Shown: piece after piece, positions 51,924 through 64,000 of the stretch
Position numbering within the stretch: position 1 is the first letter of the stretch
Layout: each line of letters begins with the position of its first letter
Origin: Geosiphon pyriformis uo1
Taxonomy: Eukaryota; Fungi; Glomeromycota
DNA length: 64,000 nucleotides
Assembly (NCBI GenBank): GCA_016748015.1
Contig: JAAOMT010000480.1
Location: 310,001 to 374,000, forward strand
Direction: 5' to 3'
Notes under the pieces: model-generated
Databases searched by the model: none
What the model was told of the DNA's origin: nothing
Seen by the model: only the letters and a program-made list of their open reading frames with translations
Position numbers and translations under genes: made by a program

Positions 51924-52721
51924 TGTTACAAGAGGGTTTTTTTGGTATATTTTAATTGTTAATATCCCATTTTAATTGCAATCAGTTTCTTGTGAGTTCT
52001 TTGATTTTATGTATTGGATATTAATAATAATATACTAAGAGTTTTCTCTTAATGTTGTGATGTAAGTTTTCTTTTTAATTCTAGTTGTTTTTGTATGTTG
52101 TGTACTTTTTTCTAGAGACTAATTTGAAATCTACCCACTATCTAGGGTTTTCTTTGAGGCTATCTTTGCAATTATCTAAAGTGTTTCTCTAATCTAGAAA
52201 CACAAAATGTTAATGGCTTTTTTACAATTTCCCTAAATATATAATAAAGCTTTTTCAATTTAATTAGTAACTACGAAATAATCTTGATCAGAAATTATTC
52301 TTCCAAAGGATTCAAAGATAAAATGATAGTTTTATTTACTAGAGAGAATATGTGAATTCTATTGTTAATTTCATAATTATAATGTTAATTCAATTTATTA
52401 TTTTTATTAATTTTTTTTGAATAAGATTTTATTTAGATATTTGTTGCTTTAAATTGAAACTGTTTGATTTTTTATCATTAAAAACTATTGTATATATATA
52501 TAATTATTGTTTTACAAAATAATGTCTTGTAATATTCTATTTCCATTATTTCTAAATAATGCTTGCTGCTATTGTGAAATAGTGCTTGCTGTTATTGCAT
52601 GGTAGTGCTTGCTGTTATTTGTAAATTATTTCTTTTTATTTTTATAAATTGTTGTTGTGCTATTTTATAATTGACTAATTTATATTATTTATAATTTTTA
52701 TTAAATTCTTAAACTGTAATA
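51924..52721. mobile_element. Solo LTR (family C) inserted in LINE ORF2
   Basis: tgttaca...tgtaata ends; 4-bp TSD GCAT (51920-51923, 52722-52725); LINE reading rejoins; three ~23-bp tandem units tagtgcttgctgttattg at 52557-52620. Confidence 0.88.
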
Positions 52722-53652
52722 GCATTAAAAACAGATTTTGTTACTAAGCACAAATTGAGCAAGCACAAAAAAAACTCCAGAATCTTTTCATCACAATGCT
52801 TTTACATCTCATTGAAAATGTCTAATAAATTGGCAGTCTTGTTATTAAGAAGATTCTTGACCACTAACATGAATTTCTTGAAACCAATGTGTGACATAAT
52901 CCCAAAAAATGCTTTTTTATTGATATAATCAAAAAATGCAAACTGATTCTACTATTAAGAAGAAATAAAGTTTTTAACAACATACTTCCAATCTTCCATA
53001 ATTGAATCTACTCTATACTTAACCAAGTCAAGCTTCAAGATCAGATTACTATTCTTAACCAAATAATTTAATGTAATCTTTTTAAAAGCCTTTTTCAGCA
53101 TATTTTTTATTATCTGACTCTTGTTGCTAGTAAAAGCTTCTATGTGTTTAATTATGGCTGTTTTAATATAAAAATCTTTAACTGCCTTAAATTTTATTAA
53201 CTTATAAGACTGATAAAACTTTTTGTTTTGAGTTAATGATTGTTTAATTATTACTTTGCCACAATTGACATCAAAAAACTCTTTAAACTTGACTATTTAA
53301 TTAGGATCCAAGACAAACCACTTATTACACAAAACCAAAAGCCTAACTAAATCACTCAATCTGTATACTTTTAGTATTCTCAATACTAATAATTCCAATT
53401 TGTAAAGTCTAAAAGTTGAGGCATTTTTTTTTGCATTGTTATTTCAAAACCAGGTTTTTTTAAGTGAAACTTCAGCAACAGAGCACATTATTTGACTGAG
53501 CAATGTTTACATTCTATTAGCATCTGAATTTTTTTCACATTTCTTAAAGTTATTAACAGTGGCCAAAGCAGCTGTCAATAACAAATTTTTGTATTTCTTT
53601 CAAACTTTATTACCAATATTATTGATTTTGAACTTCTACTTTTTTTTAACAG

Positions 53653-54561
53653 TGTTATTTAAAAAAAGAAAGCCTATCAAAAAAAGAAGAAAAAATGTGA
53701 TCTGAAAAAAAACGTGATGAAACGTAAAGAAACACAGAATAGCACACAATAACATTGGATAATACATTATAACATAAGATAATGTGTTATAACGTAGAAT
53801 AACGTGTTATAATGCAGAATAACACAGAATAATACATAATAACATCAGATAATGTATTATAATATAAAATAATTAGTTATAATATAAGAAAACAAAGCAA
53901 TAGCTAGCAAGAACAGATGATCCAAACCAATCCTATAAAACTAGAAAATACATATATATAGCAGTAGCATTAGAAGCAGAAAAGAGAAGATCTTCAGACA
54001 AAAATTCATTAATTATTATTTCCCTATTATTCCAAAATATTAATAAATATACTTATTCAACATCTCAAATCCAGTTGTTTGTTATCAACTCTAAATGTTG
54101 ATAGTAATTAGTACTTAAAACATGTAGGAACAATAGCCCTTGATTACAGCTATTAACAGAATACTAACTTATATTGCCTTGGTTTATTGTCTTTATTTTT
54201 TTTTATCTCTTTTATTTTTTCTTTATTTTTTTGTTGTGTATATTAATTGATTAAGAATTAAGCACTAAGTATTAACATTAAAGATTGCCTGATAAAAGAC
54301 CCCTACAAGTGGATAAAACATGTAAGAATTACAGATTGCTTATCAGAGGATTGCTGGTCATCATGCTAAGAAAGAAATTGATGGAATTGTGATTCCGAAA
54401 AGCTACAGATAAAACCACATGGAAATTTTTGTTCATTATACAAAGAACTCCAATCAAAACTTTCAGATCAAAACACCTTCAGACATTACTAATGTTATCA
54501 ATTAAGCACCAGGTTATGGGTTTGTTATTTGCTTTGAGACTCCAAATAATCACCTGTAACA
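53653..54561 (+). mobile_element. Solo LTR related to family A inserted in LINE ORF2
   Basis: tgtta...tgtaaca ends; 4-bp TSD ACAG (53649-53652, 54562-54565); carries the reverse complement of the LTR-A 10-bp array. Confidence 0.88.
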
Positions 54562-57500
54562 ACAGCTTGTTTGTAAACTAAATTGAGCTAAGAACAATAA
54601 AAGCTTTTCAAGCTAATATTCACTAAAATGATCTTATGATCAGTGTCAAAAAACACATCTAGGCAATAAACTTGCTAATTAAAAGATAAGTCTCAAAGAT
54701 TTTTGCTAACTAAGACAAATTCAATATATTTGTTTATTCCTCTAAAGTTGGATTATGTAAACAATTTATATACAGAAAAGCCAACAAAAAAATCACTCAA
54801 ACTTATGTTTATAAACTTTTTAAAACTTGCACTGTAGTTAAAATTATTTTTGTTGAAGTTTCTTCCAAAGACCACAAAAGTGTTATTATTCAAAGCTTTA
54901 GTTACTATTAAATTAATTTTACTTGACTGAAGCAGTCTTTTTTTTAAAGTTGCTCCAGCATACAAACCCAAAATAAAAACTAAAAAACAATCCTTAAATA
55001 GCAACTGTATTAACAAAAGCCAACTGGTTATTTTTAAGATTTTGTGTATATGCCTTGCAATATTATTGTTCATAATTATAGTGACACTAGATTCTAGATG
55101 ATCAAAGTCCATACCAAAAGCAAAAATCCTAACTCTATTAAACTTGTTCATTATCTATAGCTGAATCTTGTCTCTTAACTTTGTTTTTATGACAATAGAT
55201 ATAAAATTACTTTTATCTCTTTGCTAATACACAATGTCTTTTTGTTTCACTAAAATGTTTATGTTCCTAATATTGCACATAACTACTTTTTAGATTAAAC
55301 TAATTATTGAGGAAAAGGGTTCATAAAAAAAACCAAGCTAGCACACAATTAATTCAACTTTGTTAACACTAATCCAATAGACACCTTAAAAACAACCATC
55401 TTAGATTCCAAAACATTGACTTTAATGATTGAGACTCTAGAGCTACTTAAGCTTAATTCCAAGAATCTTGCCAATTTCAATGGAGCAGAAAAAAAAAAAT
55501 TTTGTGAAGCATCCAAAATTATATTCAAGTCTAAGAAAATAAAAGATGCTAAAAAGATACTTGAAACCATATTTAAAACCAAATCCAAATCTGAGACCAA
55601 AAAAATTATTAAAACTGGTGAAGATAAAGCAAATACTAGAAATACCAAATTTAAGTTGCCCAATTTGCACACAATTATTAACATCTGGTTAGTTAGCAAT
55701 TCTAAAAAACATTCCAAAGAAGCCAACTAATTATTTATACAAGACACTTTATAAAAAGCAAAAAAAGCACTATTTGAACAGAAACTATCAAACAAAAAAA
55801 AAGCTAAAGAGAAGCCAGAATGGGCACCAACAGAAACAGTTGTCAGGGAAATTATCTGCACCCAGAATTTGCCACCAAAAGCAGTAAATTAAAATATGAG
55901 CACATTTTTTTTTGCATAGAAACAAGTGAACTGAAAGTACTTCTGATTTGGAACATATTTTTTATAAAATCTTTTTTAAACTGAAGCAACAGAAAATAAA
56001 GAATTACACTCCAAAAATGAATGTTCAAAATGCCCATACTTCTTACAACAAACCAAATTAAATCTAGTTTAAGAAAGCTTGACATTGCCCAAAATAGGCT
56101 TAGTATAAAAGGCTAATTCTAGATTTTTTTCTGATTCAAAACCAATTACTGTACAACAAACTTTATTATTCATGTTAAATAAATAATTGATAATACAAGT
56201 TTTTTACCAGCTCTTTTCAAAAGAGTTTTAAGATCATAAGCAGTTGTTTCTAAACAAAAGCACTTTAAACTAATCTTTTGATGCTCAGATATCATGATTT
56301 TCTATAGCTTTGATTATGCATACTGAATTTTTCTCAATCAAAAATAACTATTTCATAGTTAATTGATCAGCCTGAGCTGATTCAGCAAACTTCACTACAG
56401 CCTTTTGTTACAGTCCAATTAGTTGTAATCAGATCAACACTATTTTATCAAACTTGGCTACTGCAGTGACAATCATATTTTTTGGTGTATCTATGAGAAT
56501 TTTTTTAATAACTATGGCCTAATCTGGACAAAATTTTTGTCTCTTGAGATTGCTGTTTATCATAATACCATTTTTTTTGGTTAATAAAGCAGTCTTTTCT
56601 ATGTTCTTCTTTGATGTAAATATTAATCTGATAATCTCTTTAAATTTTGAGAAAGTAGTAGTTTCTTTAAAACCATTGATTATTAAGAATAACTTTCTGA
56701 TAAACTGAGTTTTTGCTGTTGTAGATTTGTTTTTTACCACTAAGAAATCTATGTCCAAGGCAAAAGATTTTTTGACTAATACTTTAATTCAAATTTTAAC
56801 AATTTTCAGGTCAATCTATCTGTTTTTCAAAGAGATGTTAAGAGAGAAAAAAAGAGGTTCATCATTATAATCTATGCCATAATTAATGGAACCAATAGGA
56901 GAACCACACTCCAAACTAATATCTGTTATTTTTTTTGCCTTAAGAGTGTTTGCTGCTAAACTGAAAAAAAAGCCACTATTGACACCCAAAAACATACTGG
57001 CATTTTCATTATTACCAGATATACTGTTTTTATCCGAGTATATGCCACTGCTAACAACAGGTTTAACCAAAAAAATATTTTTTTCATTACTAGAATGTTT
57101 GATATTGCCAACTGAAATCTTTTTTTCCAGAAAAAAGAACCTCCAACAGAGCTCTGTAAAGCATCTTTGAATGATTTTTTTTTTAACATACTGTTACTTG
57201 AAGCAACTATTAGATCTATTATAAAGAGATTATTTGTTTAAAAAATGTTGTAAAAAACTAACAAGATAAGATAAAAACAAAAAAACTTCTATTTCAAAAA
57301 AACACTCTTTGAGAAATTTGAGAAGAAAGAAAGAAGTTTTTTTTAAAATTAAATAATTAAATAAGTTAATTATTTAAACAAATATAAAAAAGATAACAAA
57401 AAATAATAATTTTATTATCAATTTGTTATTAAAAATTTAAAGATTTTTTATAATAATAACAATTATATTATAATTAATTTTAATTAATGTTTAAAAAAAC

Positions 57501-58363
57501 TTTAGATAAAAAAACTTAAAACTAAAAATAGTGTTTTAAAACTAGTAAAAATTAATTTATTGCTATTTTATTTAGAAAAAGTGTTTTTGTAAAGTATTAT
57601 TAAGCAGTTTTAATAATTATAAGTAAAAATATTATTAAACACTTCAAAATTCAAAAAATTGTGATTTTTTTCCTTTTTGTTCTAATTATAATTATAAAAA
57701 TACAAAAAAATCATAATTTTGTTAAAGTTTTTAAAACTGTTTTTGCTTGTTAATTTATTTTAATAAACAAAGATAATATTAAGATTTTTTTATAATATTT
57801 ATAAAATCAAATTGGTTAATATTTTATTTAATTATATTATTTTTGAAATTAATAATTTAATTGCTTAAATTTATAATTAAGCTTGTTTTATTTTTAACGA
57901 CAAAAAAACTTTTAATATTGTTATTATTAAAACCAATACTTTAAAAAAGAATTATATTTAATAAAAAACTTTTAAATATTAGGATTATTATAAGTATTAA
58001 AGTTTGAATTACTTGGTTTTTAATTGTAAAGCTGTTTTTTGGGGTTGAAAGTTTTTTTTTAAGCTTTTTATAAATTAGTTTGTTGACTTAATATTTTATA
58101 TTAAAATCACTGCTTTTTTATTATTACATAATTTTATTTACTAAAAAAGTATCTAACCGGAACCCGTTTTCTATTTATTTAGTAACAATCAAATTTATTC
58201 ATTTGACATTAGATTCAAATAATTTAGGTATTGGCGGATTAAAAGTAATTTTCAATACATAATGGCTAGCACCTAAAAACTCATGCAACGAATATATTAG
58301 GGAATCTTCAAAAGGCAAGTAAAGACTTGAAATTAATTATCTTCTATGACGAATTTGATTCAG

Positions 58364-60054
58364 TTAATCAAGATCCATGAAATTCTGTTCATCTTTTTCT
58401 TGATCGCTATTTCCATCAAAATATTCATTATCATTCCACTTGTTACGCTTGGGTCTCTTATTTACACGTTGATCCTCGCGGGCATCACTTGTTTCCTCAT
58501 CACGTTCCTGTAAATATTCTAATATTCCATCAGGAAACTCTTGCATTTGAACTCCAGGAGCACCATCCAAATATCTCAACTGCTCAAAGATAATTTCGGT
58601 CAACCGCTTCAAATCCGCCTTTGTATTTTGATTGTCAACACGGCCGACTAGATGTGGATGCAATTTGAAATCTGGCTCAAAAAAATCCAGATATTTGCTT
58701 TGCTTCGGTAATTCGTTGGGTAATTCAGTGTCAAGTAAAACACTAGTTTCGTATGTCCAACATCGCGCTACATTATGGATTGTGTAACCCCCACCTCCAA
58801 GCACCAATAATGGAATCTGCCAGCTTTTTATGATTCGGACACATTCACCATGTGCTCTTATACTTAAATTAAATGCGCCTAAACGATCCAAGCCTAAGGA
58901 ATCAGCGCCACATTGTAATACTATGACATTTGGTTGATAACGATCTCGTATAGCAGTCATAATTTGCTTGAACAAGTTAACATAGTTCTCATCATCGATA
59001 CCGTTTTTCAATGGAACGTTTATGCTGTAGTATTTTCCAAGTTCGCTTCCAATTTCGTTCGTGTCTCCTGTTCCTGGGAAAAATTCTGGTTCATACTTAT
59101 GAAAGGAGACTGTCATCACCCGGTCCGTGGTATAAAAGGCCTCTTGAACTCCATCACCATGATGTATATCAATATCAATATATAAAACTCGGGCATAATA
59201 TCTGCAAAACTAAATATTATTAGCAAAAAATAAAATAAAATTGTAATATTAGAACCAACCTTAATAACTGTCGAATGGCCAACACGATATCGTTGACATA
59301 ACAAAAACCGGAAGCTTCATAACTTTTAGCATGATGCAATCCGCCGCTCCAATTTATGCAAATATCCGCACCTTTTGAGCATAATTTCTGTGCAGCTGCC
59401 ATTGAAGCACCAGTGTAAATTCGACAAAAATCCCATAATCCATCAAATACTGGGCAATCATCTCCAAAGTTGAAATTCGACAACACATCTGCGAATTCCG
59501 TGTCGCGATTAGCTGGGGTGATCCTAATGCACAGGAATATAGATTAAATCAAAAATGAAACCGTTTACTACCTAAAAAAGATCCATGAAATAACCTTACT
59601 TTTTTAAAAATTCTACGTAGTCTGATTCATGGAATTCTAAGAGTTCAGCCTCCGTGGCCATGCGAGGGCAATAAACTTCCATATGTTCATGTAAGCCATA
59701 ATTTATAACCAGATCATTAGTTAGAGTGAGTCGATGTGGTTTCATGGGATGACCGGTCTTTTTTGTGTCATAAACCTTTAAAAGAGAGAATCAAGGGAAA
59801 TATGACTTAGGGAGTAAAACCAAAAAACCTAAACAAAAAAAAAGGCATGAAATATTTTTATTTAGCGTAACGGCGTAACAATGGTTTTGCAGCTATACAC
59901 ATACCCCTGTACCTACACCGTAATGAAAAGAGCCTACGTCTTTGTTGTGAAAATAAGCAACATGTGGTCGTGAATGAGGTCTGACGAACGTGGGGGCTGG
60001 TTGGGAGCGAGTTGTTCGAGAGCGAGTTTCTGTGGTAAATGTTGGTGAACTCAT
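58364..60054 (-). CDS. HOS2: Class I histone deacetylase, Hos2/HDAC3 type, 4 exons
   Basis: [84 protein letters not shown]; GT-AG introns. Hos2 rather than Rpd3 is inferred from RLTLTN, DDCPVF, FNLSI and ARCWTYETS. Confidence 0.9.
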
Positions 60055-60230
60055 TTTTGGAGAAGATAGATAGGAAAGGGTATTTTTAAATTTGTTGGTC
60101 TAGTGAGATCTGATCTCAAATACTCTGATGCAATGGTTATCAGTATGCGGCTAATCAATAACAATTAACCTTCACTTTTGTCGCTGGCTCAGTCTTTACC
60201 TTTCCTTAGTACATATTTGCTTCACCCCAA
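60055..60230. promoter_or_regulatory. 176-bp divergent (bidirectional) promoter region
   Basis: Lies between the HDAC ATG (60054, -) and the Cdc73 ATG (60231, +); contains the palindrome tgagatc-t-gatctca (60104-60118). Confidence 0.7.
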
Positions 60231-62546
60231 ATGTCTGGCTTGGAACCTATATTAGTTTTGCAAGAATTTTGTGTCTCGAAAAAAGAAGTTGCTCTTCTAG
60301 ATCATGAGTACGACCATATTTCATCCGATTATCAAGATCTTCGCCGTGCTTCCTTTCTTCAATTCGGAAGTCATACCTTTGAAAAAGATCACCCCACTAC
60401 TTTTCAACAACAAAGTAATGGTGAGCCTTATGCTCTAGGGGTGTTATTTCACGCCTCAAAAACAAAGGAGCTCAACTATGATGAATATTTTTCTGACGCT
60501 ACCGAAAATGCTGGCTTCTCCATGCCACTTACCTTTAGGGATCGCAGAAATTGGCTTAATGAACTTGATCACCTCGAAAGCAAACCACATCCTGTAGCAC
60601 CAACTTATAAAATCCCCGAAATCATTGAAAGGAACCATATAGATGATGACCCACTTGATGATAATTACGAGTATGAAGAGCATGACAGCCCATTTGAAGA
60701 AACCAGCCCTATCATTGAAAACCCATTTATCCGCCAAATAGATCATAGTACTGTTATAGAAGTGCCGGAGAAGGTAAATTCCAGCTTTGAAGGATCAATT
60801 TATCCCGAGATCGCGATAGATGATGGTTCCTTTGTGGTTGGTGAAATTGAGACTTCATCTATACCAAAATACCCTGGATCACAACCGGCTTCTCCACATA
60901 TTATCCCAGATCAACAGCAACAACTCGAGTCAGACCCATTCCTCGAAGAACAGGATCTCAAGGAGGCTGCATACGGGAGTTATCCAGAGCAGATTACTTC
61001 ATCTAAAAGACAAAATTCAAGCGATTTTACAAAAGGTGGCAAAGCTCGCCCAAGAAGGCATTCTGTTACAGAAGAAGACCCAAAACGCCCAGGTTCATTA
61101 ATCTCGTATATTGCTACGCTTAATTTAGATAAATTTTCTTTAATATTCTTATTTCACTTTTTCAAGGCAAAAAGCGAGATGCTACGCTTATGTATCACGA
61201 TCTCACCAAATCAGTATATAGGGCCAAATGGGCCAGATATGGGGAGGAATACAAACCAGATAAGAAATGGCTCGATGAGAATATGACACCCTATGAACGT
61301 ATTTCAGTAGATCGGGAGACTGTGATGTATTCTGTCAGAGTAATATTTCTATGCAATCTTTTTCAACTATGAAATAACATTCTTTAGTCTCAATCTCTTT
61401 CTATTAATTGTTCCAATATTTGTTTTTCAGCCATTAAGTCAATTTTTGGATATAGCTAGTGATATATTTACTAGAAAAAGACCTGAACCTATTCGACCAA
61501 GAGGTAAACGAACTTGTGATATTTAGATACAAAAACATCAATATTTTTAAACTTTGAAATCAGCTTTATTCTAATATTTAACGTTTCCTTGAATTATACA
61601 GCTTCTGGTGATCGCAACGGACGGGTATCTTCTAAGCCTCATCAAGGTTCCTCAAAAGACAAACCAAAAGGTCGTATTAATTTATCATATTGCCCTACAA
61701 ACTTAACGAGATCATGTCAAATAAATAATATCCATATTGCAAACTTTTTCGTTAAAGAGCCAAAGAAGCCCATCATTATGGTTCCACCAAACATGACAGA
61801 AATGATCACAATATATAATTCATCCGAGTTCTTCAGTAAGGGACAGTTAGTATAAAAAAGAAAATAAATTTTACATTATCACGTACATCATCTCAAGGAC
61901 TTGAAACTGAATAAAAAATTATATTTTTAGATATTGTGATAGTATGAAAGCGCGTACTCCTGGTTTGAAACCAACCTTTGTAGAATTCGAATACGAGGAT
62001 AAAAAATATCAAGTCACCGATCTGGCGGATAATCTCAAGCCGGAGGATTGGTTAGTCGCATTTCCTGAAGACTTTCTATATAAAGCAGTTATTAGTTAGC
62101 GCGAGCTGTTTGATCGATACACTCGAATAAAACATGGTCATTTTACATTAGGGACCGTGTCGTTGCTGTTATAGTGACTGGTAAGGATTGGCAATTTAAG
62201 AATTGGAAGTGGCAAAGCACTGAAGACATATTCAAGAATGGTAAGCTTGGCTTTTCAATTTCATATCTAATTGTTGTTTATGGCAAATTAATCATTTTTT
62301 AAATTCCAATATAGTCAAAGCATTTCATTTTAAATGGTCGCACATGGAAACTGATAAAAACGTCCTGAGATGGGGTAAGGCTGTGGAAATAATCAATGTA
62401 AGTCCCTCTTGTTATTCTGTTGCCCATAACGAAATTAAAATATAAAATATATTCTCAATTCATAGATTTCTCGAGATTTTCGACATAAAGATTTCGAAGC
62501 CCAGAATGCTTTTTGGAAGGCCTTGTACAGTCACATTTACAAATAA
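60231..62546 (+). CDS. CDC73: Paf1 complex subunit Cdc73/parafibromin, multi-exon
   Basis: N-terminal domain (EPILVLQEF...LTFRDRRNWLNEL). C-terminal domain across exons: PIIMVP..MITIYN..EFF..G, LKPEDW|DRVVAVIVTGKDWQFKNWKW, ISRDFRHKD...FW; TAA at 62544-62546. Confidence 0.88.
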
Positions 62547-63528
62547 TGAGGGAAATAACTTATCAGAAAATGAGGTAAAAAGTCAAGATTATCATTTCGT
62601 GGATAGCTCAATTGTTAAATATTTTACATTTGTGACGTGAACGACGCAGATGACATCTAATCACAAGAGTGATTTAAGCAATTATTAATCATGTAATAGT
62701 TATTTTAATTGATCACGTAAAGTGAGATCACAATTATCATGATATAAGCGGATGAAACTGCCGATAATACAACGACCATGAGAACAAATCTTCTATGAAA
62801 TTTTTTGACTGATTAATGTTTCTTCACCACCAGAATCATAAGAAAAACCGGCCCACTCAATTCAGGAAATACCGAGCTTTGGTTTCTGCTGATCAATAAA
62901 CGTCCCTTGAGAGGGATTTATGAGATCCTAATACGCAGGTTAGATTGACTGATCATAGGAAGAGGTTTTCTTGATTGGAAAGGCGTATCAAGAAGTTACA
63001 TTGCAGCGCCATTATATATATGGTTTGGTATAACGCTAAGGTGTTGATCCTTGGCAAAATGAAAAAACAATCATTACAAAAATTGATGAAATAGATTATA
63101 ATTTGTAAGTTTTATCGATTTTTTTCGTATCTTTGCGCTATAATTTCTAAATGTCTAAAAACTGGTGATTTGTATGCAGAATTATGAATAATATAATCTT
63201 AACCTCAATGAAATATTTCAAAGCCCTAATCTCATTTGGGTTGCTCTCACAGTTCAAACACTTGAAAAATTAAATCGTAACTTTTATGAATTGTAGGTCG
63301 CTATTAATCAACAATCCATTATTAAAACGATGCAGAATACTAAAAAAGCAGTTTTGAAGTGACACCCTCCAATGTGAAAGGTATTAATTTTTTCAAGATA
63401 TGGGAGAACCAAAACATCATTTTCAGCATTACATTATTACTGTTATCACAATTGTTATATCAAAATAAAATCACAACCAAAAGAATTAAAAAGATTGGAT
63501 ACCGGTTACTTGCTTCGACAATCAACCA

Positions 63529-64000
63529 TTAAACCGTCAAATTCCTCAAATTATACATTGTCTCGGCCAAATATTTTGACAAAGGTCTGCACTTTACCAA
63601 AATATCAGATAATTCCGTCTCGTATGCAACAAAATACGGAGCCATTTTCTTTGACCGGGACATATTACGTAGAATCAGACACGCGGTCAAAGGAATACCA
63701 ATAGCTTCGCCATCTTGGTCCGACGATATATTTGTACGGTAAGTGAGGAAATTCCTTCGTTGATCTAAGGGTGTGGGTGTCACCAATACTGGGTAAGGCG
63801 ACGGAGGGTGTGGTACGGCATCCGGTTCTATGGGGAAATGAATTTTAAGATGAGCTTGGACAGCGCCCCGATTTGTAGTCCCTGGGTTAAATCGACGGCA
63901 TTCCATCCAATTACAGTCATACAAAATACTGTTCTCAGGCTGTTGCGATTGAATATGTTTGTTGGGTAAATGATGATACAAAATATGTCGGTATACTTCC
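63529..64000 (-). CDS. RSC9: 3' end of RSC/PBAF subunit Rsc9/ARID2-like gene (partial; continues beyond window)
   Basis: C2H2-like YDCNWMEC...QAHLKIH followed by GIPLTACLILRNMSR and a terminal helical segment typical of Rsc9/ARID2; frame open to the window edge. Confidence 0.75.
   Translation of the reverse strand, partial: EVYRHILYHHLPNKHIQSQQPENSILYDCNWMECRRFNPGTTNRGAVQAHLKIHFPIEPDAVPHPPSPYPVLVTPTPLDQRRNFLTYRTNISSDQDGEAIGIPLTACLILRNMSRSKKMAPYFVAYETELSDILVKCRPLSKYLAETMYNLRNLTV

Larger units (their letters stand above)
42041..57342 (-). mobile_element. Older full-length LINE interrupted by one LINE and two solo LTRs
   Basis: 5' end aaaacttctttc at ~57340; ORF1 57190-55305; ORF2 motifs (IYTDGS 50200, CICCNKIEFLDHSF 49450). 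The 3' UTR is split between 48887-48950 and 42041-42120. Confidence 0.88.

Noticed and set aside
51924-54561. One 2.6-kb LTR element bounded by tgttaca...tgtaaca
   Set aside because: The middle (52726-53648) is continuous LINE ORF2, and each LTR has its own TSD (GCAT, ACAG), so these are two solo LTRs.
62735-62930. Selenoprotein or stop-codon readthrough ORF on the minus strand
   Set aside because: No recognisable selenoprotein family or SECIS element; a single TGA in a short frame is expected by chance.
62770-62990. U3 snoRNA (acgaccatgagaacaaatcttctat loosely recalls U3 5' ends)
   Set aside because: Box A' (TACTT) and convincing B/C boxes were not found.

Overview
Eukaryotic, very AT-rich, intron-containing fungal DNA. 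The gene and transposon content resembles Glomeromycotina (Geosiphon/arbuscular mycorrhizal type); this is an inference from family resemblance, not a database result. About 80% of the window is a nested graveyard of decayed transposons. It holds a minus-strand Ty3/Gypsy element that carries a dUTPase, a Cys-rich domain and an extra 3' ORF (820-11865), a second Gypsy remnant, and three solo LTRs with exact 4-bp TSDs plus older LTR relics. There are seven copies or fragments of one RNase H-containing LINE family, two of them full length with 13-14 bp TSDs and one nested in another's 3' UTR. A TA-flanked pogo/Tigger DNA transposon (26087-30354) carries three unrelated captured gene fragments. 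Only four host genes are present, and all are chromatin/transcription-complex subunits: Spt20-like (SAGA), then a compact block of Hos2-type HDAC, Cdc73 (Paf1C) and Rsc9/ARID2 (3' end). Repeats, but not host genes, show strong directional C>T/G>A decay that is not confined to CpG. The best leads are the cargo-carrying pogo, the dUTPase-Gypsy architecture, the RIP-like mutation pattern and the chromatin-gene cluster. Domain boundaries inside pseudogenes are approximate and were read by eye.
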